From Candidatus Staskawiczbacteria bacterium (GTDB lineage: Bacteria; Patescibacteriota; Minisyncoccia; Minisyncoccales; Staskawiczbacteraceae), in contig JAPLYZ010000007.1 of the NCBI GenBank assembly GCA_026395295.1, positions 66,518-130,517 of the forward strand: 64,000 nt of DNA. Reading direction: 5' to 3'. The notes below the pieces were generated by a model that made no database searches, had not been told where the DNA came from, and was given only the letters and a program-made list of their open reading frames with translations. Made by a program: the position numbers and the translations under genes. Below, one piece after another: positions 48,364-56,688 of this stretch; position 1 is the stretch's first letter, and each line of letters begins with the position of its first letter.

Positions 48364-48981
48364 CTATGGGTGGAACTTTTTAGCTATCTCATCAACGAAT
48401 TCCAAAGAAACAGGATCGTCGAAAAATTCTCTTGCCCATTCCCACCAAGGACCTTTGGGCGGATTTTTATACTTTTTATGGTATTCCATCGCCTGCAAAA
48501 AATTTTCCAACCTGTCGGCTTGTTTGAAAAATCTTCCCTCTTTTGTCAAACCTTTCTCATAATCAAGCCAAAGGTGTCTGATTTCACTGCTTAACTCCCT
48601 GGGCAAATCTTTTATAATTTTTTCTAAAGAAGCCTTTTCTTTCTTATATTTCTTTTCTTTTAATCTAGTTCTTTCCTTTTCAGACAATCTCGGCCATGTC
48701 TTCATCAACTCCTTTCTTTTCTTAGCATCTTTCGGCAGAATGGAGTCATACGGGGTTGTGTCTCCGGCATAAACTTCACAAATGTCGTGTATCAACGCAG
48801 TTTTCAGAACTCTTTCTATATTGAGTTTTTGTTTGCTACCCAAAATCCAGGCCATCAAAGATGCTCTAAAAATGTGATCGGCGATGCTCTCCGGATTTTT
48901 AATGTCATTTATCACCCATCCACGCCGGGGCATATCTTTTAGCTTGCCGACTTGATTGAAAAAATTAATTAAATCTTTCAT
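48364..48981 (-). CDS. HD-domain 5'-deoxynucleotidase-like hydrolase (YfbR-like)
   Basis: HIFRASLMAW...LIHDICEVYAGD HD motif. Confidence 0.7.
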   Translation of the reverse strand: MKDLINFFNQVGKLKDMPRRGWVINDIKNPESIADHIFRASLMAWILGSKQKLNIERVLKTALIHDICEVYAGDTTPYDSILPKDAKKRKELMKTWPRLSEKERTRLKEKKYKKEKASLEKIIKDLPRELSSEIRHLWLDYEKGLTKEGRFFKQADRLENFLQAMEYHKKYKNPPKGPWWEWAREFFDDPVSLEFVDEIAKKFHP

Positions 48982-48989
48982 TTTGGCAA

Positions 48990-49466
48990 TTAGCTAATTT
49001 CGTATTTTATGTTTTTTATTTTATATGATATTTCCACCGGCGAAGAAATAACCACCTCATCTCCAATTTTATGACCCAAAAGAGCCCTGCCAACAGGAGA
49101 CTCGTTACTAATTTTTCCCAAAGCCGGGTTTGCCTCAAGCGTTCCGACAATCAAAAACTCGTCTTTTTGCCCATCCACGGCAATTTTAACTTTCGCGCCC
49201 AGTCCAATGACTCCTTGCTTGTCTTTTGGCGGATTTTTTATTAATTCATGATGCCCCATAATATTCCCCAACTCATCAATCCTTGCCCTCAAAAAACCGA
49301 TGTCTTCCTGGAAACTTACAAACTCGGGATTTAAATCTTCTGACTCTAAAATTTTCGGCGCTTCTTGCCCTAAAGATTTTTTCCGCTCAAAATCTACAAG
49401 CTCTTCGTATTCATTTTTGAGCTCCTGCAATTTCGCCTTTGTTATGTAAAAAATTTTTCCCTCCAT
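48990..49466 (-). CDS. greA: transcription elongation factor GreA
   Basis: N-terminal coiled coil, C-terminal FKBP-like domain GKISNESPVGRALLGHKIGDEV. Confidence 0.85.
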   Translation of the reverse strand: MEGKIFYITKAKLQELKNEYEELVDFERKKSLGQEAPKILESEDLNPEFVSFQEDIGFLRARIDELGNIMGHHELIKNPPKDKQGVIGLGAKVKIAVDGQKDEFLIVGTLEANPALGKISNESPVGRALLGHKIGDEVVISSPVEISYKIKNIKYEIS

Positions 49467-49524
49467 AACATTATATTATTATCCTATATTATTCCGTGAG
49501 CTTAGAAAAGTCAACTCCCGTTTT

Positions 49525-50814
49525 TTATAACAAGGTTTTTTGCTTCAAAATTTTGCTTTTGCTTTTTAGCCTATTTCCATCTGCAAAAATTTTGATTTTT
49601 CCGTAAACTCCATCGTACCCGGGCTCAATTAAAACTTTTCCTTGTCGCATGCTTAAAACAGCTTCTGCAATCTCGGGCAAAGACTCTTTGGTGATTTCTT
49701 TTTCTGTTGATTCCAAAAGTATCTTAAATTCGCTGCCTAAAGTTTTTATCAAATTGTTGTAATGTCTCAAAACTTCTTTCCCTGCCACAGAAACTCCAAT
49801 TGACTCGGCGATTATTTCATTTAAGGGAATTAGACTTTTGAATGGAATTGCATTTTTCGGGACAAATCCTTCGGGTCTGTCAGCTAATTCCTCAACCCTG
49901 TTCAATACCCCAATTACCAGGGGCTTTGCGCATTTTGGGCAAATATTATTATATTTTTTTGATTGTTGCGGAGTCAGGCTCAAACTGCACAATCTGTGGC
50001 CATCATAGTGGTATTTTCCTTCTTCCGGAAAAAATTCCATTGTGTAAAGAAATTTTTTGCTGTCTTTAAACTTAATGGCTTCTGCAATTCCCTGATAACT
50101 TAATTCTGTGTCAAAAACATTTGCTTCCCTGCCAATTTTCTGCGGAGAATGAGCGTCGCTGTTGGAAATTAAAGTTATTTTGTCCAGTTGAGACAACCTC
50201 CAGTTCATTTTAGGGTCTGACGAAAGCCCTGTTTCAATTGCATAAATGTATTTTGTGTATTCATCAAAACATTCTTCCAAAGAATTAAATCCGGATTTTG
50301 AACCAAAAACAGCAAACCATGGCGTCCAGGCGTGAGCAGGCACCACCAGACAATTTTCATCAGCATCTAAAACAATTTTTGCCAATTCTTTTGCGTCTAA
50401 TCCTAAAATTGGTCTGCCATCTGAATGCAGGTTTCCAATTTTGTTTAATTTTTCATTTATTTTTTCAACAACTCTTACAGATGGGGCAAAAACAATAATA
50501 TGAACCTTCCTGACTTTGTTATTTTTTTTATAAATACAGCTGATTTCCGATGTGAGTAAAAATCTAGTAGCAAAATTATCATCAAATTGTCCCGCCTTTG
50601 GCGTGATCTGACTGTGGCGGGAAAAAAGACCCCGCTCAGCGGGGTTCAATTCTTTCTTTATGCTCTCAAACCATTTAGGGTGGGTAAAGTCGCCCGTGCC
50701 CAAAACTTTAATCCCCTTTATCTTCGCCCATCTGTCCAAATTTTCTAAATCCATAGACGGCGAAGTCGCCCTGGAATATTTTGAATGTATGTGAAAATCT
50801 CCAATAAACTTCAT
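49525..50814 (-). CDS. endoQ: endonuclease Q-like PHP-domain nuclease
   Basis: DFHIHSKYSRA, LGTGD, PAHAWTPW, SNSDAHSP, Zn finger CPKCAKP, PGYDGVYGKIKI. Aligns along its length with archaeal EndoQ. Confidence 0.75.
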   Translation of the reverse strand: MKFIGDFHIHSKYSRATSPSMDLENLDRWAKIKGIKVLGTGDFTHPKWFESIKKELNPAERGLFSRHSQITPKAGQFDDNFATRFLLTSEISCIYKKNNKVRKVHIIVFAPSVRVVEKINEKLNKIGNLHSDGRPILGLDAKELAKIVLDADENCLVVPAHAWTPWFAVFGSKSGFNSLEECFDEYTKYIYAIETGLSSDPKMNWRLSQLDKITLISNSDAHSPQKIGREANVFDTELSYQGIAEAIKFKDSKKFLYTMEFFPEEGKYHYDGHRLCSLSLTPQQSKKYNNICPKCAKPLVIGVLNRVEELADRPEGFVPKNAIPFKSLIPLNEIIAESIGVSVAGKEVLRHYNNLIKTLGSEFKILLESTEKEITKESLPEIAEAVLSMRQGKVLIEPGYDGVYGKIKIFADGNRLKSKSKILKQKTLL

Positions 50815-51296
50815 ACCTTTATGCTACTTTTTTCAATTAAACTTAGTATTACATGACCCAGTTCTTTTGTTTCTATCAAAAATTTTGAGTATTTGCTTTT
50901 CTGTTTAAAGTCCAGAGGCGCTTCAAATCTTAAAAAACCCTGGGCAACTTCGGCAATATCCTTGAATTGCAAACTGGGCACCAGCCAGATATAATTACCA
51001 AGCTTCTGTCCAACCTCGTCAAAATAAGCAAAAAGCATGTAAAAGTTCTTGTCGGCCTTAAAACCCTCTTGCTGAAAATCTTTTATTAAAATTTCCTCTT
51101 TAGCCGGTCCGGCGAGAATATTGATTTTTAAGTGAGCCTCCCTGCCTTTCTCCTTGTACTCTCCTCTTTTCTCTACAACTAAATCAGCTCCGAAAAGACT
51201 TTTTTCCGGCTTAAAAATCACAAGCCGTCCGTTAACCCCGGAATTAATGCAATCAATCACCTTGTCTTCTATTTCCTCTTGTATGTTGTCTGCCAT
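50811..51296 (-). CDS. hypothetical protein co-transcribed with endoQ (4-nt overlap)
   Basis: 161 aa, no recognised motif. A possible nuclease-like acidic motif (GADLVVEK) is weak. Confidence 0.3.
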   Translation of the reverse strand: MADNIQEEIEDKVIDCINSGVNGRLVIFKPEKSLFGADLVVEKRGEYKEKGREAHLKINILAGPAKEEILIKDFQQEGFKADKNFYMLFAYFDEVGQKLGNYIWLVPSLQFKDIAEVAQGFLRFEAPLDFKQKSKYSKFLIETKELGHVILSLIEKSSIKV

Positions 51297-51299
51297 ATA

Positions 51300-51602
51300 T
51301 TATATTTTGAAAACGCGATACCCTTCGTGCACCTTCTCCTTTATTTTCATACCAACTCCGTCTCCTTTCTTGCCGGACTTAACCTTTTCATGATCAATTT
51401 GAAGAGACTCAACCTCTTGTTCGAAATCTGTCTCTTGCCCGCCCACAACTCTAATTGTGTCTCCAACCTTCAACGGAGCCGACAAATCAATAACCGCCAC
51501 TTCAATCTCGGAGAAATAATGAGTAATTTTTCCTATTAATTTCCCCTCTTTATCTTTTTTTGCTATTTTTTCAATTGATTTTTTTACTATTTTCTTTACC
51601 AT
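51300..51602 (-). CDS. hypothetical small beta-barrel-like protein
   Basis: 100 aa, K-rich N-terminus; no recognised motif. Confidence 0.3.
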   Translation of the reverse strand: MVKKIVKKSIEKIAKKDKEGKLIGKITHYFSEIEVAVIDLSAPLKVGDTIRVVGGQETDFEQEVESLQIDHEKVKSGKKGDGVGMKIKEKVHEGYRVFKI

Positions 51603-51926
51603 AATTTTTTAGTTTATTTTATTAATATGACCTTTACTCTTATCTTATCACTCTATAAAAATTTTTCAAACACAAAACACCAGTTTTGACTGGTGTTCTC
51701 TGGTGAGGGGGTTAATAACCTACAACGAGTTAGTGTTTTTCCTCGAGTCTAAATTCGGACAATGAATTCAGTTATATACTTTTTTTCACCTTCGTTGCAG
51801 GCTACTGTGTCCTTGAGAATAATTCTCGCACCCCCTCATAAATGCCATTGTATTATAAAATGCCTTAATGTCAACAGGGAACAGGTTGATGAGTATTAAC
51901 CTGACATTTTTTATCCTTCCATAAAA

Positions 51927-53051
51927 TTATTTTTCCATTAAGAACAGGTATTCTTGGTGCGCGCCATCACTGTTTACCCATTCGTTTGTCCAGCGCATGT
52001 TTGCCATTACATTTTTTCTATAGTCTATCTCTATCGCTTTTAATAATTTCCCCGATTCGCTTATAATGCCATTTAGTTCTTCCTTTGTGGCTCTGCCACC
52101 AGAGCTGTATGATAATAAAATATAATGCGACTTGGTCTCTTTTATCAATCTACGCAACGCTTTCATTGCGATGAATGAACCGTCCGTATCTCTTCTAAAC
52201 TCTTCAAAAACAGAACCTGCGACTTGGTCTCTGCTGTCTTCCCTGCGATTAGCTTTTCCAAAAACAACCGGCTTATCGTGTTTTATTATTGTTGTCCAAA
52301 TATGATAATAGGAGGCATAGCGCACTCTGCTCGGCGGCATTTTTTCGTTGTTTGAACCGTATGGAGGGTCAAAATAAACGAAATCAAATTCATTATTTTT
52401 TATTGTTTCGAAGATATCTCCTCTCGTAACTTTATGCTGGTCGTTATTTACAAGCCTGTTTGGTAATTTTAAAACCATATCTTTATATGAACGAGGAGAC
52501 CATTTTGATAAATAGGCGACATAATGTCCGAGCGTACTGTCAACAGAGTCGAGGGCGCGAATTAAACTTGTAAGAATTACGCACTTATCCTCCCAATTTA
52601 AATTCAATTTTTCAATTTCGTCTCTAATAGCGTCTAATTTTCTGGTATTTTTTGCCTGAAATGGTTTTTTTTCTCCCTCTTTTCTTGCCCCATAATGCTC
52701 TGTATACCAGCCGTCGTGACCCTTCAAATTATTTAAATTGTCTATAATTTCTTGATAAAACTTATCCGGTTTTTTTGATAACAAATAGCAAGTAGCAAAA
52801 ACCTCAGACCAGGTCGAAATATCGCTCGACGTCGTGTTGTATCCTAACTTTGCGAATGCCTGAGAGACGCGAGTGGACCCGCTGAATCCATCTAAAACAT
52901 TTTTTACTCCATTCAATCCATTTAAAATTTCTACAATGTAGGGTAAAATTTTTAATTTTGAACCGGCATATTTTATCCCCTCTGTTTTTGGGGTTGCTAA
53001 AATTGTTCTCCCGTAAATATTTAATTGCCGGCTCAGTTGCTGGTTTGTCAT
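51927..53051 (-). CDS. N6-adenine DNA methyltransferase (Dam/D12 class)
   Basis: KYAGSK (motif I-like) and DPPY (motif IV). Confidence 0.8.
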   Translation of the reverse strand: MTNQQLSRQLNIYGRTILATPKTEGIKYAGSKLKILPYIVEILNGLNGVKNVLDGFSGSTRVSQAFAKLGYNTTSSDISTWSEVFATCYLLSKKPDKFYQEIIDNLNNLKGHDGWYTEHYGARKEGEKKPFQAKNTRKLDAIRDEIEKLNLNWEDKCVILTSLIRALDSVDSTLGHYVAYLSKWSPRSYKDMVLKLPNRLVNNDQHKVTRGDIFETIKNNEFDFVYFDPPYGSNNEKMPPSRVRYASYYHIWTTIIKHDKPVVFGKANRREDSRDQVAGSVFEEFRRDTDGSFIAMKALRRLIKETKSHYILLSYSSGGRATKEELNGIISESGKLLKAIEIDYRKNVMANMRWTNEWVNSDGAHQEYLFLMEK

Positions 53052-53920
53052 TTGTTAAAATTATTTTTCAATTTATCAATATCTTTCTGTAAAATTTCGC
53101 TTGCTAACTTATGACCCTCCTCTGTGCTGTTGAGCGCAAGACTAAATAATCTTACCAATATTTTATTGTGTGAATAATTTATCCATCCGTTCGTAAGCGA
53201 ATCAAAATAGAAAATGGCATTTTTGGTGTGCGTCCAAAGACCTCTTTGCAGGGCGTTAGCCGATGCTCCGCCATATCTTACCTCGCAAATATAATTCCCT
53301 TGGTTATCTAAAAACATAAAAATTGGGTGCTTCCTTCCTTTGCCGGCGACCACTTTATTCAAATTTTTATCAAATTTTTGTTTTTTATCAATGAAAATAA
53401 TCCTGTCAGTTTTCTGCGCCGCTTTTTTATTATCAAAAATTATTATATTGCAAATCTGCTTTTTTTCGTTATAAATAAGGGGCATAACGTTTATTGAACC
53501 AAAATCTTTAAATTCTTCTGATTTAAAAATTGCCTCAATCTGTTTCTTGCCCTTGATGTCCTTCCCCTGTTTCATCAGGAAAGGAAACATTTTCTGTTCG
53601 CTATCTGTTGAAAGTTGCAATGGTCCGTCTCCATACGCCTTCAAGCTTATGGGAAATTCAGCTTTTGTAATTTCATTTATAATCATAATGTCTTCTTCGT
53701 GCTCTTTAGCCCTGAATAAATCCTTGCCCACATGAATACTTTTATAGTCATACATAAACTGATTTATAAACTCAGCAATGCCGATTTCTGCCAAATCGCC
53801 GTGGGTTTTATTTCCTATTAGTCGCATTGTAAAAATATTAGATAAAGTATTTATTACTAATTTATGATTTTTACTCGCCAATAGTTTAAACCTATTTTTA
53901 AATTCTTCGTATTCTTTCAT
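53048..53920 (-). CDS. putative type II restriction endonuclease (cognate of the adjacent methyltransferase)
   Basis: 4-nt overlap with the MTase gene; 290 aa. No family assignable by eye. Confidence 0.45.
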   Translation of the reverse strand: MKEYEEFKNRFKLLASKNHKLVINTLSNIFTMRLIGNKTHGDLAEIGIAEFINQFMYDYKSIHVGKDLFRAKEHEEDIMIINEITKAEFPISLKAYGDGPLQLSTDSEQKMFPFLMKQGKDIKGKKQIEAIFKSEEFKDFGSINVMPLIYNEKKQICNIIIFDNKKAAQKTDRIIFIDKKQKFDKNLNKVVAGKGRKHPIFMFLDNQGNYICEVRYGGASANALQRGLWTHTKNAIFYFDSLTNGWINYSHNKILVRLFSLALNSTEEGHKLASEILQKDIDKLKNNFNK

Positions 53921-54044
53921 ATTTTTTTATTTAAAATATATTACTTTATTCTATCCCTAAAAAAGAGCGCTTTCAAGCCCGACGCCATTCGGGTCAAAAG
54001 CGTCGCATCTGACCCGAATCATCTTTAAAACAAACCTGTGCCCT

Positions 54045-54086
54045 CAACAGGAATCGCCCAGTCATACGACTGGGCGCCCTATCGTA
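54045..54086. repeat. double-hairpin repeat element (copy B), intergenic next to tRNA-Arg
   Basis: GCCCAGTCATACGACTGGGC + GCCCTATCGTATGATGGGGC. Compensatory G-to-A / C-to-T changes relative to copy A preserve the first stem. Confidence 0.6.
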
Positions 54087-54095
54087 TGATGGGGC

Positions 54096-54168
54096 GAACC
54101 ATTAGTGTCCCCGAGCTGATTTGAACAGCTATTTTTTCCTTCGGAGGGAAATGTTCTATCCAATTGAA
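54096..54168 (-). tRNA. tRNA-Arg (anticodon CCG)
   Basis: Acceptor GTCCCCG/CGGGGAC, D-arm GTTC..GAAC, anticodon loop CTCCGAA, T-arm AGCTG-TTCAAAT-CAGCT, discriminator A. Confidence 0.8.
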
Positions 54169-54182
54169 CTACGGGGACGAAA

Positions 54183-55082
54183 TCAAAAAAACAAAGTTGC
54201 CAAATATCCCATTATGGAGAACAAAGCAATTGGAGGAAGAGCTGGAATCGGTTCTTTTTCCTTCATAAATATGTAATAGCTGAAAAATAAACCAAACAGC
54301 GAAAATAAGGCAATAATTAACGACTTGGAAAACCCAAAAGGAATTACTGAAACCGCCAGTAAGCTTGGGAAAACAACGTCCCCTCCGCCTAAAATCATAA
54401 AATTTTCAGAATACTTTTCGGGCCGCTTAATTTCTTTCAAATTACTCGAAAAAAACCTAAATGCTTTCGGAATTATAAACCCTAAAATAACCTTTTTCTC
54501 AATCATCTCCTTAAGCATCGCAACCATATGTTTAGTCTTATAAACCGCAACGAAATCGTAAACAGAAAAAATTAACAAAAGCGCCACCACAACCGCAGGG
54601 GCAAACCCCAGCCCAAAAAAACCGGCGGCTCCGGCCAATCCTAGAATCACTAAAACATCATGCACCCAAACAGATGGCGCTTCTAGCCACAAAGCCATCA
54701 AAATTCCCATTATTAAGATAGCAACAAAAACCGGCATAAATAAATTTAAAACAGTCATTCCTCCCCAGAAAACAGTTATAATAAAAATTCCTTTATAAAT
54801 TACTTCCTTAAACTTATTTATTTTTTTGTTATTATACAAGGCAAAAATTAAAACAAAGAACATTACAAACAAAAAAGAAAATAAAAAATCCTGCAAAGAA
54901 TTTTGCGGCAGATAAATTTTCTGCGCTTGGGCTAATTTGTCCAACTTAAAGGCTGAAACAACAGACAAAACAGAAGTTAGTAAAAATAACCCGCCCTCAA
55001 TTAAAAAAACTTTCCAAAATTGCTTTTGATTTTCTGCTTTATTTTTTTTATCTCTTATAATTTTCGGCAATTTATATTTCAT
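54183..55082 (-). CDS. presenilin/signal-peptide-peptidase-like intramembrane aspartyl protease
   Basis: Multi-TM protein with YD (SVYDFVAVY), GxGD (LGGGDVVFP) and PAL (IPALPP) motifs in the canonical order. Confidence 0.5.
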   Translation of the reverse strand: MKYKLPKIIRDKKNKAENQKQFWKVFLIEGGLFLLTSVLSVVSAFKLDKLAQAQKIYLPQNSLQDFLFSFLFVMFFVLIFALYNNKKINKFKEVIYKGIFIITVFWGGMTVLNLFMPVFVAILIMGILMALWLEAPSVWVHDVLVILGLAGAAGFFGLGFAPAVVVALLLIFSVYDFVAVYKTKHMVAMLKEMIEKKVILGFIIPKAFRFFSSNLKEIKRPEKYSENFMILGGGDVVFPSLLAVSVIPFGFSKSLIIALFSLFGLFFSYYIFMKEKEPIPALPPIALFSIMGYLATLFF

Positions 55083-55181
55083 ATATAATAGTATATTCTA
55101 CCGCGTCCCTCCGAAGCTTTCAAGCGAAGGGGGATCAAAAAACCGCCTCAATGAAAAGACGGCTTTTGAAAATAACATTTT

Positions 55182-56126
55182 TTAAACTCTGGAAAAACGC
55201 GTGAAGCCCGAGCAGGGGATAATCTCAATACCTTGTTCTTCCAACTCGTCCATAAATAAATTCACTCCCAAAGAATCCGAAGACATGTGCCCGGCTATAA
55301 CAACATTTATATGGGCTCCTTCAGCTTCTTTTTTATGTTCCTCGGAAATATGCATTCCAACAACTGTGCCAACTCCTGCCTGGGCCAGTTTCTCATAAAG
55401 TTTGGAAGAACCTTCTGTGCCCCCGGTAATTTCGGTCAAGGCAATTTTTCCGCAATGATTTTCCGGACTGCCCACAAAAATTTTCGGACCAACTCCAATT
55501 TTCATCGCCTCTTTATATTCGGGAATTTCTTTTAATGCTTCAATTAGCTCGCCGACTTTTTCTATTTTTTTGCCCTCAATAAAATTTTTCAAAAATTTAG
55601 CGGCTAAATTATCGCAAGGGGTGTGAGAGTTCATTAAGTTAACTTTCATAAGTCGCGCCGCGTCAACTGTCCGCTGGTGGTTTGAAGAATTCACTCCTCT
55701 GGCAACTTCGGAAATTCTTTCCCTCATCATTCCTTCGGCAACATTAATCGGCACTCCATAATGATTGTAAACATCTGCCTGCAACTCCATAACATCTGCA
55801 AGTTTTGCCAATCCTTTTCCCATTGGATGGTGGGCAATAACTAAATCAATATTGCCCAATTCTTTGGCAATTAAAACTTCCTCGGGTCCAATGTCTATTC
55901 CAACCAAAACTTTTTTGATTTCTTTATCATCGGCAACATTATAAACCCCCGAATCTAAATATGGGTTTTCCAAGGCGTCTTTATCAAACTCCTGCTTCTC
56001 CTTTTCCGACATTTTTTCAAACTTATTCTTTTTTGCATCCAAAAGCTTCTGCGCGCCATCTCGGCCCCTGAAGTCAGAGTCCATGCCCAGCTTAATTGAT
56101 AAATTTTGGATATCTTGTATCTTCAT
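55182..56126 (-). CDS. Nif3-family dinuclear metal centre protein
   Basis: VIAHHP motif, C-terminal His ligands. Confidence 0.6.
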   Translation of the reverse strand: MKIQDIQNLSIKLGMDSDFRGRDGAQKLLDAKKNKFEKMSEKEKQEFDKDALENPYLDSGVYNVADDKEIKKVLVGIDIGPEEVLIAKELGNIDLVIAHHPMGKGLAKLADVMELQADVYNHYGVPINVAEGMMRERISEVARGVNSSNHQRTVDAARLMKVNLMNSHTPCDNLAAKFLKNFIEGKKIEKVGELIEALKEIPEYKEAMKIGVGPKIFVGSPENHCGKIALTEITGGTEGSSKLYEKLAQAGVGTVVGMHISEEHKKEAEGAHINVVIAGHMSSDSLGVNLFMDELEEQGIEIIPCSGFTRFSRV

Positions 56127-56128
56127 TT

Positions 56129-56290
56129 TTACACTTTTTCTTTTATTATTTTAACAGGATTAAGCTTTACATACATTTCTTTAATGGCTTCTTCCTGTTT
56201 TTTTGCATCCCAAAACTGGCGCCTTATTTGCGCTTTTTGTGAGCGAATAAATATCCTTATTGACTTTGGAAACTTTTTGTGTGTTTTCAT
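56129..56290 (-). CDS. rpsU: putative 30S ribosomal protein S21 (N-terminus may extend upstream)
   Basis: KVRIHKN...PKSIRIFIRSQKAQIRRQFWDAKK loosely matches S21 KVREN..ALRRFKRS..EVRRREFYEKP. Start is uncertain. Confidence 0.35.
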   Translation of the reverse strand: MKTHKKFPKSIRIFIRSQKAQIRRQFWDAKKQEEAIKEMYVKLNPVKIIKEKV

Positions 56291-56333
56291 ATTTTTGTGT
56301 ATTCTCACCTTACCATAGATTAAGGAAAAGAGC

Positions 56334-56365
56334 AAAAAAACTGGACTCTACGTGAGGTAGGGTCC
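56334..56365 (-). terminator. rho-independent terminator immediately upstream of the putative rpsU start
   Basis: GGACCCTACCTCACGTAGAGTCC + TTTTTTT on the minus strand. Confidence 0.5.
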
Positions 56366-56419
56366 ATTGTTCGCGCCTTTTACAGCGCTTTTGTTGCAAT
56401 GTGCAACCCATTGCTCGGG

Positions 56420-56518
56420 TCACATGCCGGTAACGATCGCGCTGGTCCAACTGGCGCCGTTGATAATCGCCGTAACCGATGCCTGACTCCGAAGAGTCCA
56501 TTTATTGATCTTCATCAT
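56420..56518 (-). CDS. candidate 32-aa small ORF / leader peptide in the GC-rich intergenic region
   Basis: RBS GAAGGAAAGGAAC 5 nt before ATGATG; encodes MMKINKWTLRSQASVTAIINGASWTSAIVTGM; followed by the terminator. Not in the ORF track because it is under 60 aa. Confidence 0.25.
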   Translation of the reverse strand: MMKINKWTLRSQASVTAIINGASWTSAIVTGM

Positions 56519-56688
56519 ACGTTCCTTTCCTTCGTACTGCATTCATTGCAGGTTAGAGGGCTGCCATAAGCAATTGAGGCAGCCATAGCCATAAAACTCC
56601 AAAATTAATTAGGGACTTATGGCTACAACTGCCAAAATAAAATTGTTAAAGAGCTATTTACTTTTAATTTATTTTATCAAAAAGCCAA

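Noticed and set aside
56310-56501. 63-aa ORF in the rpsU upstream region
   Set aside because: No RBS, arginine-rich nonsense-like composition, and it overlaps the better-supported small ORF and terminator in another frame.
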